Assembly (NCBI RefSeq): GCF_020567425.1
Contig: NZ_JAJCVJ010000002.1
Coordinates: 535,068-599,067 of the forward strand
Reading direction: 5' to 3'
Length of the DNA stretch: 64,000 bases
Source of the DNA: Salinirubrum litoreum
GTDB lineage: Archaea > Halobacteriota > Halobacteria > Halobacteriales > Haloferacaceae
The translations under genes were made by a program, and so were the position numbers. Below the pieces are notes generated by a model. It was not told the origin of the DNA, ran no database searches, and was given only the letters and a program-made list of their open reading frames with translations. Shown here piece by piece: positions 21,281-30,698 of this stretch; positions within the stretch are counted from its first letter, which is position 1, and each line of letters opens with the position of its first letter.

Positions 21281-21365
21281 CGTGTGGTAGTTGGCCCGGA
21301 ACTACTTGACCGGTGCGCTCGGGACGCTCCCGACCCGTCCGCCGGCGACCGCGACAGCCGAGAGT

Positions 21366-21552
21366 GCCGCCACCACCACCGTGACCGACCGCCACCACCA
21401 CCGTGACCGACCGCCACCACCACCACCGACCGACCGCCACCACCGACCGACCGCCACCACCACCGTGACCGACCGCCACCACCACCACCGACCGACCGCC
21501 ACCACCACCACCGACCGACCGCCACCACCACCACCGACCGACCGCGACCGCA
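21366..21552. repeat. imperfect microsatellite (GACCGACCG-CCACCACCACC)n, about 9 units
   Basis: Direct reading of tandem units between uvrB and the downstream ORF. Confidence 0.85.
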
Positions 21553-21560
21553 ATCCGCAG

Positions 21561-21630
21561 ACGTCGGCCTTTGCCGAACTCACGAACGTCGGCTTTTGCC
21601 GATCCCTCCCGACGTCGGCTTTTGCCGAAC
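21561..21630. promoter_or_regulatory. three copies of palindromic site ACGTCGGC-TTTT-GCCGAAC (TCGGC-N4-GCCGA)
   Basis: Copies at 21561, 21586 and 21612, about 25 bp apart; candidate operator array. Confidence 0.5.
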
Positions 21631-21718
21631 CAGTACACCGCGAGAGCCGACCGAACACTCGGCGAGGTCGACGCACGACAGAGAAACCGGTTTGAGGCCC
21701 CGAGGAGAAGGCCCGGTC

Positions 21719-22000
21719 GTGACCCGAGAACTGCTTCAGCAGGCGAGCGACGAACTCCGGCAGGCGAGCGAACTCGCGCCCGAGGACGTGACCGAGCGCA
21801 TCTACGAGCAGTCGAACCAACTGGCGAAACTCGCGACCGCCGACCGGGGGCCGGACCACGGCCGACTCGCGCGACACACGAACGCCCTCGCCGAGATCGC
21901 CGACTCGCTGGACGAGGCCGGCGCGGGCGAGGCCGCAGACCACGTCCGGGACGCCCGGAGCCTGATCAGCGAGTACCGGAAAGACCTGCCGGGCGTCTGA
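21719..22000 (+). CDS. small hypothetical acidic protein
   Basis: ORF 21596..22000; a GTG start at 21719 avoids overlap with the palindrome array; start uncertain. Confidence 0.35.
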   Translation: MTRELLQQASDELRQASELAPEDVTERIYEQSNQLAKLATADRGPDHGRLARHTNALAEIADSLDEAGAGEAADHVRDARSLISEYRKDLPGV

Positions 22001-22001
22001 G

Positions 22002-22877
22002 TCAGTCGAGGAGGTCCGCGACTGCGGAGACTTGCGCCTCGACCGCCTCGCGGGCGTCGTCGCCGACCTCGTGGTGCGGGCGTCGGCTGTAGCCGACGGG
22101 CGCGTCGAGGAACCGCATCGCGGCCTTCAGCCCCGGGACGCCGTACTCGGCGGTGATCGTCCGGTTCAGGTCGAGCAGGCGGCGATTCAGTCGGCGGGCG
22201 GCGTCGTGGTCGCCGGCGCGGTGCCGCGCGAGCATCTCGGCGCAGGCGGACGGCGCGACGTTCGCCAGCGCGAGGACGCCGCCGTCCGCCCCGGCGTCGA
22301 GTGCGTGGGCCAGCACGCCGGCGGTGCCGACGAACAGGTCGAAGTCGGCGTCCTCGGTCAGTACGCGCTTGCGCTGGAACGTCGCCAGGTCGCTCGTGGT
22401 GTCTTTCATCCCGGCGACGTTCGGGTGCTCGGCGAGTCGCCCGACGACCACCGGATCGAGTGCAACGTCGGTGTACACCGGGACGCTATAGAGGTAGACT
22501 GGCAGGTCGCTCGCGTCTGCCACGTCGCGGTAGTACGCCTCCAGCGTCTCGTCGTCGTGTCCGTAGTAGAACGGCGTGACGACGAGTGCGCCGTCCGCGC
22601 CGGCCGACGCGGCGCGGTCGGTCGCCGCAAGCGTCTCCCGGAGTCCGGGGCTCCCGGTGCCGGCGAGGACCGGCACCGAGGCTTCCTCGGCGACGACCTC
22701 GATCACGCGAGCGCGTTCGTCGGCTGTCATCAGTTCCGTCTCGCCGTTCGAGCCACAGGGGACGAGAAAGTCCACGCCCCGCGATTCGACCCACTCGACG
22801 AGTCGCCGGAGTCTGTCGGTGTCGAGGTCGCCCTCGCGGGTGAACGGCGTCGCCAGCGGCGGTCCGATTCCGTGCAT
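22002..22877 (-). CDS. dihydrodipicolinate synthase family protein (DapA/KDG-aldolase-like)
   Basis: DapA family pattern with Schiff-base Lys region (VAGMKDTT); start at MHGIG or 27 nt upstream. Confidence 0.75.
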   Translation of the reverse strand: MHGIGPPLATPFTREGDLDTDRLRRLVEWVESRGVDFLVPCGSNGETELMTADERARVIEVVAEEASVPVLAGTGSPGLRETLAATDRAASAGADGALVVTPFYYGHDDETLEAYYRDVADASDLPVYLYSVPVYTDVALDPVVVGRLAEHPNVAGMKDTTSDLATFQRKRVLTEDADFDLFVGTAGVLAHALDAGADGGVLALANVAPSACAEMLARHRAGDHDAARRLNRRLLDLNRTITAEYGVPGLKAAMRFLDAPVGYSRRPHHEVGDDAREAVEAQVSAVADLLD

Positions 22878-23221
22878 GCGACCACCGACGGTCGGGGGGT
22901 ACAAATCGCTGTCCCGTGGGGCACAGTATAGTGGGCTGTCGCCGCCGAACGCTGTCGAACCACGACTGTCGAACGGGTGAGACGCGGGTCACACGCCCGT
23001 CTGACGCGGATTTAAGTGAAAACCACCCCATCCGCAGAGTGGGCGCGCACAACTGACGGCCTCAGTTCCCATCCTCCCACCCGCGCGCCCGGCACACCCG
23101 ACACCCACCCCCCTTTCGTTCCGGCTTCCCCCGGAGCACCCTCTTTCCCCCAGTCGGGAGGACTCCCGAGTGCCGACCGGCGACACCGGATTTATACGCG
23201 CCAGCGACCTACGACCCGAAG

Positions 23222-24358
23222 ATGGCACCTGCCGACCCGACGGATCGGCTCCCCGTCGAGGCGCTGACCGCCGTGTTCGACCTCCGGGAGACGCAGACCG
23301 ACGGCGAGCGCGTCTACTTCTACGGTGACGCACTCGCCCCCGAGCGGATGCTCTTGGAGGAGGCGTGGCCGGCGTTCCGGGAGGCGGGCTACGAGATCCA
23401 GTTGGCCCGGACGCCGAGCGACCACGACGTGGTCGTCGCCAAGCCGACCGACACCGGCGTCGAGGGCGTCCCGTGGAAGAACCTCCTGCTCCTGCTGGCG
23501 ACTATCGTCTCGACGCTGCTGGTCGGCGCGACCGCGTGGTACTACATCCCCGCCTCGGAGATTCTGGCGAACCCCCTCCGGGCGCTGGAGGCGTGGCCCT
23601 TCACCGCCGCCGTGCTGGGGGTCCTGCTGACGCACGAACTCGGCCACTACGTCGTCGGGCGCTACCACGGCGTCGACGTGTCCCTCCCCTACGTGATCCC
23701 CTTCATCCTCCCGTTCGGCACGATGGGCGCGATCATCCGGATGCGCGGGCAGATGCCCGACCGGAAGGCGCTGTTCGACATCGGCGTGGCCGGCCCACTC
23801 GCTGGGCTGGCGGCGACCGTCGTCGTCACCGCAGTCGGGCTACTCCTCTCGCCGGTCGAGGTCCCGGCCCGCGTGCTGGCCGCCGAGGGACAGGCGATCT
23901 ACTTCCAGAACCCGCTCCTGCTGGAGTGGATCGCCGCACTCCTCGGCACACCGACCGAGTTCGCGGCCGGCCAGACGGTCCACCCCGTGATCATGGGTGG
24001 CTGGGTCGGGATGTTCTTCACCGTCCTGAACCTCCTGCCGGTCGGCCAACTCGACGGCGGGCACATGACGCGAGCGATGGTCGGCGAGCGACAGGAGACC
24101 GTCGCGGCGATGGTCCCGGTCGCCCTGTTCGGCCTCGCGGCGTACCTCTACTACGTTCGCGGCCTCGGGATCAACGACTCGGTCGGCCTGTGGGCCTTCT
24201 GGGGGCTGTTCTCGACGTTCATCGCGTTCAACGGCCCGGCGAACCCCATCGACGACGAGACGGAACTCGGCTGGCAGCGGATCGCGGTGGGCCTGTTCAC
24301 GTTCCTGCTCGGCGCGACCTGTTTCATGCTCGTGCCGATCCAGTTGATGACAGTCTGA
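23222..24358 (+). CDS. M50 site-2 protease family metalloprotease
   Basis: HELGHY HExxH within a TM helix, polytopic; 378 aa. Confidence 0.75.
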   Translation: MAPADPTDRLPVEALTAVFDLRETQTDGERVYFYGDALAPERMLLEEAWPAFREAGYEIQLARTPSDHDVVVAKPTDTGVEGVPWKNLLLLLATIVSTLLVGATAWYYIPASEILANPLRALEAWPFTAAVLGVLLTHELGHYVVGRYHGVDVSLPYVIPFILPFGTMGAIIRMRGQMPDRKALFDIGVAGPLAGLAATVVVTAVGLLLSPVEVPARVLAAEGQAIYFQNPLLLEWIAALLGTPTEFAAGQTVHPVIMGGWVGMFFTVLNLLPVGQLDGGHMTRAMVGERQETVAAMVPVALFGLAAYLYYVRGLGINDSVGLWAFWGLFSTFIAFNGPANPIDDETELGWQRIAVGLFTFLLGATCFMLVPIQLMTV

Positions 24359-24429
24359 GTCACCCGGTTGTAGGTCGTGTTACGACGCACTCGCGTCGGT
24401 GTCTCTCGAACTGGACTGTGGTCAGTTCT

Positions 24430-24446
24430 TATAGTATATAAAATAC
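24430..24446 (+). promoter_or_regulatory. AT-rich TATA-like element in the low-GC islet
   Basis: tatagtatataaaata. Confidence 0.3.
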
Positions 24447-24529
24447 CACCAAAGATTTATGTACTAGCATCTACAACTGTTTTCCGAGTCCGAGTTGTTC
24501 TATCGACGGGGTCGTCGGTCCACCTACCC

Positions 24530-24874
24530 ATGCACGGAGACCCAGACGACCAGTCCGACACCGACAGTGAACTGCTCAAAGCGTCCGTTCTTCTCGCCCT
24601 CTTGAGCGAATCGGCGAGTGCGCTGGCGGACGCAGACGACACTGCAAAGACGTTCAACACTCGGACGATAGCGACGATCATCATCGCGTCCGTCGCTGTC
24701 GCCAAGCTCGTCAACCTCGACAATCTCCACACAGTGCTGGGGATCGTCGGTTCACACGGCTTGCAGTGGATAACACTCGTTCGCGTCTCCGAAGTGTGGC
24801 CGGGGCTAGTCGTGTGTGTCTCGTTGTTTGTCACCCTACTCACGCTACACTGTCTCGTTACTTGCAGGTCGTAG
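24530..24874 (+). CDS. hypothetical small membrane protein in the low-GC islet
   Basis: 114-aa ORF (MHGDPDD...) with 2-3 hydrophobic helices; local GC about 52% against about 68% background. Confidence 0.3.
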   Translation: MHGDPDDQSDTDSELLKASVLLALLSESASALADADDTAKTFNTRTIATIIIASVAVAKLVNLDNLHTVLGIVGSHGLQWITLVRVSEVWPGLVVCVSLFVTLLTLHCLVTCRS

Positions 24875-25777
24875 TCACTCGCCGTGGGTGTAGCCGCGAT
24901 CCGGGACCGGCGCTCCGTCGGCGACGACGCGACCTACACCGGTCTCGGAATCGCCGTCGCTGTCGATTGCACGACCGATCACCGAGATCGCGGTCGGCGA
25001 TGCCGCCCGCACCGCCGGTAGCGCCGACTCCGGCAGGGTCGCCACCAACTCGAAGTCCTCGCCGAAGAACGCCGTCATCTCGCGCCGGTCACTCTCACTC
25101 TCCGCCAGCGTCTCGACCGACTCGTCTGCCGGAAGCGCGTCCCACTCGAACTCGATGGCGCAGTCGCTCGCCTCGGCGAGTTGGTGGAGCGACCGAGCGA
25201 GGCCGTCGCTGGAGTCCATCATCGCGGTCGCCGACTCGGCGAGTGCCCGGCCCGCATCGACACGAGGCGTGAACCGAAAGAGGTCGTTGCCGCGCTCTGT
25301 GTCACCCTGTTCGAAGTGGCGGAGCGCGGCGGCCGAGCGACCGAGGGTGCCGGTGACGACCACCAGGTCGCCCGACTCCGCGCCCGACCGCAGCACCGGG
25401 TCGTCGGTGCGTCCGACTGCGGTGGTCGCAGTCGTGAACTCCGCGTGGTCGTCGAGGTCGCCGCCGACGTACTCCGCGTCGACCGCCTCGCAGACCTCGC
25501 GTGCCCCCCGGACGAACGCCCGGAGGTCGGCTTCCGCGAAGTCACGGTCGGCGTAGACCGCGACGGCCGCCGTCGCCTCGGCACCCATCGCGGCCACGTC
25601 CGACAGCGAAGCCCCCACCGCGCGCCACCCGGCGGTGTACCGCGTCGTTCCTTCCGGGAAGTCCGTCGTCTCGTGGAGCATGTCGGTCGTGAGCACGAGA
25701 TCGTCGACGACGGCGGCGTCGTCGCCGGCCGACGGGAGGTCGGCGGCGAGCAGTCGGAGGGCGGCCCGTTCGTCCAT
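24875..25777 (-). CDS. thiL: thiamine-monophosphate kinase
   Basis: C-terminal 300 aa of the long ORF; AIR-synthase-related PurM-like fold pattern; start at MDERAAL. Confidence 0.75.
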   Translation of the reverse strand: MDERAALRLLAADLPSAGDDAAVVDDLVLTTDMLHETTDFPEGTTRYTAGWRAVGASLSDVAAMGAEATAAVAVYADRDFAEADLRAFVRGAREVCEAVDAEYVGGDLDDHAEFTTATTAVGRTDDPVLRSGAESGDLVVVTGTLGRSAAALRHFEQGDTERGNDLFRFTPRVDAGRALAESATAMMDSSDGLARSLHQLAEASDCAIEFEWDALPADESVETLAESESDRREMTAFFGEDFELVATLPESALPAVRAASPTAISVIGRAIDSDGDSETGVGRVVADGAPVPDRGYTHGE

Positions 25778-25924
25778 GGCCGCGCTTCGCCGGGCGTCGG
25801 CAAGTGTCCGGCGGTTCGCTGTGCGTCTGCAGTGACCGCTGGGCGGTGTATCGAGAAACGCCCGAAAACGGACAGGTCCGGTGAAGGACACTGTTTTAAA
25901 TGTAGGACGGGCGTAGCCCGCGCC

Positions 25925-27940
25925 ATGGACTGGTGGGACGCCGAACAGGAGTTCGACGACGAGGTCCTCGGGCGGGAGACACTGCCCGCGACCTTCGAGG
26001 CGAGCGCCGAACGGAACGCGAGTCGAATCGCACAACGATACAAAGGTGGCGTCTACGACCGGTCGCTGGCCGGGACCGCAGTCCCACCCGCACCCGCAGA
26101 CGACTACGGCGACGTGACCTACGCCGGGATGCAGGAGATCGTCCGCTACCTCGCGGCCGGCTTCCGGGACCTCGGCTTCGAGACGGGCGACCGACTCGGC
26201 ATCTTCGCGCACACCCGGATGGAGTGGGCACAGACCGACTTCGCGGCGCTCGCGGCCGGCGGTGTCGTCACGACCGTCTACACCTCCTCTTCGGAGTCGC
26301 AGGTCCAGTACCTGCTCGACGATCCGAACGCCTCTGCGGTCGTCGTCGAGAACGCCGAACTGCTGGAGCGCGTGCTGGCCGTCGAGGACGATCTCGATCT
26401 GAACTTCGTCGTCGTGATGGACGACGTGCCGGACGGGAGCGGGATGGCCGGCGCGGTGCGGGACCGCGACGACATCCTCCTGCTGTCGGAGGTGTACGAG
26501 CGCGGCAGCGAGGTCTTCGATCTGGACAGCTACGAGTCGTGGGTCGACGCACGCGACCCGGACGACCTGGCGAGTCTCATCTACACCTCGGGGACGACCG
26601 GCCAACCGAAGGGCGTCCAACTCACCCACTGGAACTTCCGGTCGAACGTCAACCAGTGTTACCGCCGGTTCGGCCAGCGCCCCGACAAGGGCGATCTGCC
26701 GACGATCGGCCCGAGTGCGACGACGCTCTCCTTTCTCCCGCTTGCACACGTCTTCGAGCGACTCTCGGGCCACTTCCTGATGTTCGCGGCCGGGGCGACG
26801 GTCGCGTACGCCGAGAGTCCCGACACGCTCCGGGAGGACTTCGGACTCGTCTCGCCGACGGTCGGGACCAGCGTCCCACGCGTCTACGAGAAACTGTACG
26901 ACGCGATCCGGTCGCAGGCCAGCGAGTCGCCGGTCCGCCAGCGCATCTTCGAGTGGGCCGTGGGCGTGGGCCAGCAGTACCACACGACCGACGACCCCGG
27001 CACGCTCCTCACGGCGAAACACCGCCTCGCGGACCGACTCGTCTTCTCGCAGGTCCGTGAAGCGCTCGGCGGCAACATCGACTTCTTCATCTCCGGCGGC
27101 GGGAGCCTCTCGGCGGAACTGTGCGCGCTCTACCACGCGATGGGGCTGCCGATTCTGGAGGGGTACGGCCTGACCGAGACCGCGCCCGTCATCGCGGTCA
27201 ACCCGCCAGAACAGCCCGAGATCGGCACCATCGGCCACCCGGTGCAGGACGTGGAAACCGCACTGGACGACACCGTCGCGGGCGAGAGCGTCACCGCCGA
27301 CGGCCAGATCGGCGAACTGCTCGTCCGGGGACCGAACGTCACCGAGGGCTACTGGAACAAACCCGAGGAGACCGCGTCGGCGTTTATCGACGACCTGCCC
27401 GAGGGCGCAGAGAAGACCGTCGAGGGCGAGTACGCCGAGGGCGACCCGGACGACCCGTGGTTCCGCACCGGCGACATCGTGGAGCGCCGCCGCGACGGCT
27501 TCCTCGTCTTCCGGGAGCGCGCGAAGCAGTTGCTCGTCCTCTCGACCGGGAAGAACGTCGCACCCGGCCCCATCGAGGACGGCTTCGCGTCCAGTGCGGT
27601 CGTGGAACAGTGCATGGTCGTCGGCGACGGCCAGAAGTTCGTCTCGGCGCTGATCGTCCCGAACTTCGACGGCATCCGCGACTGGGCGAGTCGCGAGGGG
27701 ATCGACCTGCCGGACGACGCCGCCGCCGTCTGTCGGCACGACCGCGTCTACGAGCGCATCGAGCAGGAGGTCGCGTCGGTCAACGAGAACTTCGAGTCGT
27801 ACGAGCAGATCAAACAGTTCCGCATCGTTCCCGAGGAGTTCACCGAGGAGAACGACCTGATGACGCCGACGATGAAGAAGAAGCGTCGGCACATCCTGGA
27901 GAAGTACGCCGACGAAGTGAACATGATCTACGAGGAGTGA
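25925..27940 (+). CDS. long-chain-fatty-acid-CoA ligase (AMP-forming)
   Basis: AMP-binding motifs (YTSGTTGQPKGV, EGYGLTET, FRTGD); 671 aa. Confidence 0.8.
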   Translation: MDWWDAEQEFDDEVLGRETLPATFEASAERNASRIAQRYKGGVYDRSLAGTAVPPAPADDYGDVTYAGMQEIVRYLAAGFRDLGFETGDRLGIFAHTRMEWAQTDFAALAAGGVVTTVYTSSSESQVQYLLDDPNASAVVVENAELLERVLAVEDDLDLNFVVVMDDVPDGSGMAGAVRDRDDILLLSEVYERGSEVFDLDSYESWVDARDPDDLASLIYTSGTTGQPKGVQLTHWNFRSNVNQCYRRFGQRPDKGDLPTIGPSATTLSFLPLAHVFERLSGHFLMFAAGATVAYAESPDTLREDFGLVSPTVGTSVPRVYEKLYDAIRSQASESPVRQRIFEWAVGVGQQYHTTDDPGTLLTAKHRLADRLVFSQVREALGGNIDFFISGGGSLSAELCALYHAMGLPILEGYGLTETAPVIAVNPPEQPEIGTIGHPVQDVETALDDTVAGESVTADGQIGELLVRGPNVTEGYWNKPEETASAFIDDLPEGAEKTVEGEYAEGDPDDPWFRTGDIVERRRDGFLVFRERAKQLLVLSTGKNVAPGPIEDGFASSAVVEQCMVVGDGQKFVSALIVPNFDGIRDWASREGIDLPDDAAAVCRHDRVYERIEQEVASVNENFESYEQIKQFRIVPEEFTEENDLMTPTMKKKRRHILEKYADEVNMIYEE

Positions 27941-28009
27941 GACAGCGGCAGTGCCGCACCGGCGCGGGACGACACCACAGTTAAGTCGCCCGCTCGGGAA
28001 CACGCCGCT

Positions 28010-28348
28010 ATGGCACGGTCGCCCTCCAGCAGGTCTGCACCGCTCGGTATCTGGCTCATCGCCGTTCTCGGCGCGGTCGGCGCGGTCGCCGACCTGCTCG
28101 GCGGACTGGGCGTCCTCGGTGCGGGGGTCGGCGGCTTCTTCGGTGGGACAGTCGCCATCGCCTTCGCGCTGGTGAAGCTGTTCGTCCTCGTGAATCTCGT
28201 CCGGTTGAGGGGCTGGGCGTGGGCGCTGACGTTGCTGGTGTACGCGATCAGTTTCGTGCTCGCGCTGCTCACGCTGAACCTGCTCGGAGCACTCCTCTCG
28301 GGGCTGGTCGCCGCCTACGTCTACAGCGTGCGGGAGTACTTTCGGTGA
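28010..28348 (+). CDS. small membrane protein (paralog of 40729..41100)
   Basis: Shared motifs with the other copy (RxxW[AG]W...VAYVYS[VT]R). Confidence 0.5.
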   Translation: MARSPSSRSAPLGIWLIAVLGAVGAVADLLGGLGVLGAGVGGFFGGTVAIAFALVKLFVLVNLVRLRGWAWALTLLVYAISFVLALLTLNLLGALLSGLVAAYVYSVREYFR

Positions 28349-28385
28349 GTCGGAGGTGTCGGCGTCGGTCGTGACGTGAACTCGG

Positions 28386-28429
28386 TCGAACACGCGCCGA
28401 ACACGCGCCGAACACGCACCGAACACGCG
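28386..28429. repeat. CGAACACGCGC x4 tandem repeat
   Basis: Direct reading; intergenic, upstream of the M32 carboxypeptidase. Confidence 0.8.
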
Positions 28430-28580
28430 GTGCGGTGCTGTGCGGTCGCGGTCGGCTGGGGGGAGTCGCGCCGGCGATCGCAGTCGCAAACGGGTCGAAC
28501 CCGAACGGTCGCCATCTCGGGACGACTCCCACGGTTCCGAAACCACCGCGTTCATCACGAACGATGACCAACCGACGCCC

Positions 28581-30107
28581 ATGGCAGTCGAAGCCGACTC
28601 CGAACAGGAGTCCTCCGCCTACGACCGACTGATGGAGCGCGTCACGAAGCTCAACAACGTCGGCAACGCCGCCGGCATCCTCTCGTGGGACCAGCAGGTG
28701 ATGATGCCCGACGAGGGCACGCCCGCGCGGTCCCAACAGCTCTCGACGCTCTCGTCGATCCAGCACGACATCCTCACCGCCGAGGAGACCGGCGAACTGC
28801 TCGACGCCGCCGAGAGCGAGGACCTGACCGACGAGCAGGCCGCCGCCGTCCGCGAGGTTCGCCGCGACTACGAGCGCCAGACCTCGGTCCCGAACAACCT
28901 CGTCACCGAGATCTCGGAGACCACCTCCGAGGCGCTCCCGGCGTGGAAGGAGGCGAAAGCCGAGTCCGACTTCGAGACGTTCGCGCCGTACCTGGAGAAA
29001 CTGCTCGACCTCAAGCGACAGTACGCCGAGCACATCGACCCCGACCGCGACCCCTACGAGGTGCTGTTCGAGGACTTCGAGCCGTGTCTCCCCCTCGATC
29101 AGGCCGAGGAGATTCTCGCCGACGTGCGCGAGCAGTTGGTCCCGATGATCGAGGAGATCCGCGAGTCCGACACGGAACTGGCCGTCGACACCTTCCACGG
29201 CGAGTTCCCGGCCGACGAGCAGGAGGCGCTGGTCCGGGACGCCCTCGACACGCTGGGCTACCCGTGGGAGCGCGGCCGTCTCGACACCGCGCCGCACCCG
29301 TTCTCCTCGGGGACGCAGTTCGACGCCCGCGTCACCACGCGGTTCGACGAGTCCGACCCCATCGGCGCGCTGATGAGCACGATCCACGAGTTCGGCCACG
29401 CGACCTACACGCTGGGCCTGCCGGACGAGCACTACGGGACGCCGCTCGGCGAGTCGCGTGACCTCTCGGTCCACGAGTCACAGTCACGCCTCTGGGAGAA
29501 CCACGTCGGGCGCTCGAAGGCGTTCTGGGAGCTGTTCCTGCCGACCTTCCAAGACCACTTCCCGAGCACCGCCGACGCGAGCGTGGAAGACGCCTACGAG
29601 GCCGCGAATCAGGTGTTCGAGGACAACCTGATCCGCGTCGAGGCCGACGAGTTGACGTACCACATGCACATCCTCGTCCGGTTCGAGATCGAACGCGAAC
29701 TGCTCTCGGGCGACCTCGCCGTCGAGGACGTGCCGGAGGCCTGGAACGACAAGTACGAGGAGTATCTCGGCATCCGCCCCGAGAACGACGCCGAGGGCTG
29801 TCTGCAGGACATCCACTGGAGCCACGGGAGTTTCGGCTACTTCCCGACCTACTCGCTCGGCTCGATCATGGCCAGCCAGTTGTACGACGCCGCCAGCGAG
29901 GATATCGACGACCTGGAGGGGAAGGTTCGCGCGGGCGAGTTCGACCCCCTGCGGGAGTGGCTCCGGGAGAACGTCCACCAGCACGGTGCTCGCTACGAGA
30001 CGAACGACCTCGTGCGCGAGGCGACCGGCGAGGAGTTCACCGCCGACTACTTCCTCGACTACGTGACCGCGAAGTACGGCGACCTCTACGATCTGGACGC
30101 GGCCTGA
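28581..30107 (+). CDS. M32 carboxypeptidase (Taq-type)
   Basis: HEFGHATY HExxH with M32-family flanking motifs; 508 aa. Confidence 0.8.
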   Translation: MAVEADSEQESSAYDRLMERVTKLNNVGNAAGILSWDQQVMMPDEGTPARSQQLSTLSSIQHDILTAEETGELLDAAESEDLTDEQAAAVREVRRDYERQTSVPNNLVTEISETTSEALPAWKEAKAESDFETFAPYLEKLLDLKRQYAEHIDPDRDPYEVLFEDFEPCLPLDQAEEILADVREQLVPMIEEIRESDTELAVDTFHGEFPADEQEALVRDALDTLGYPWERGRLDTAPHPFSSGTQFDARVTTRFDESDPIGALMSTIHEFGHATYTLGLPDEHYGTPLGESRDLSVHESQSRLWENHVGRSKAFWELFLPTFQDHFPSTADASVEDAYEAANQVFEDNLIRVEADELTYHMHILVRFEIERELLSGDLAVEDVPEAWNDKYEEYLGIRPENDAEGCLQDIHWSHGSFGYFPTYSLGSIMASQLYDAASEDIDDLEGKVRAGEFDPLREWLRENVHQHGARYETNDLVREATGEEFTADYFLDYVTAKYGDLYDLDAA

Positions 30108-30266
30108 TTCCCGACTCACGCACCGGTCACTCGGTGTTAAGGAACCGTACCAACCCCGTCTCTCAGGGAGTTCCTTTCTACGATGCGATAGAGAAAAGTG
30201 CACGACAGCGCGGCGTTAACCTCGCGTACCAAACCCCCTATTAGGTCGTCGGCCGTCTACTGGTGT

Positions 30267-30512
30267 ATGAGCGCGACCGCGACGACCGCCGCGACGACCG
30301 ACCTGACCGACAAGCAGCAGCGCATCCTCCAGTACCTGCGCGAGAACGGCCGGACGAAGACGTACTTCAAGTCTCGGCTGATCGCGAACGACCTCGGGAT
30401 GACCGCGAAGGAGGTCGGCGCGAACATGTCCGCCATCCTGGACGGCAGTTTCGACGTGCACGTGGAGAAGTGGGGCTACTCCTCGGGCACGACGTGGAAA
30501 GTCTCCGTCTGA
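30267..30512 (+). CDS. small putative winged-helix DNA-binding protein
   Basis: 81 aa; LTDKQQRILQYLRENG resembles a wHTH N-terminus. Confidence 0.4.
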   Translation: MSATATTAATTDLTDKQQRILQYLRENGRTKTYFKSRLIANDLGMTAKEVGANMSAILDGSFDVHVEKWGYSSGTTWKVSV

Positions 30513-30698
30513 CGCGGTCCGCCGACCGACACGACCCCACGCTCCCCGCCGACGCTTCCGGCCCGGCACTCACCGACGACTCACCACCGACCGCGCTCTC
30601 CTCTCACCCCGACTCGACAGCCTCCGCTCTCGGGGCGGTCGACACGAGATTACTGCCGACGGTCGCCACGAGTCGGGGACCGATCCGACCGGAACTGT

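Noticed and set aside
21189-21943. ORFs encoding WWWW / GGGG / PPPP runs
   Set aside because: They are translations of the CCACCACC/GACCGACCG microsatellite in alternative frames. They have no start context and no plausible protein properties.
24875-28582. 1235-aa minus-strand ORF
   Set aside because: Only its C-terminal 300 aa (24875-25777) look like a real protein (ThiL). The rest is antisense to a well-supported acyl-CoA synthetase gene (25925-27940) and is the usual stop-codon-poor shadow frame of high-GC DNA.
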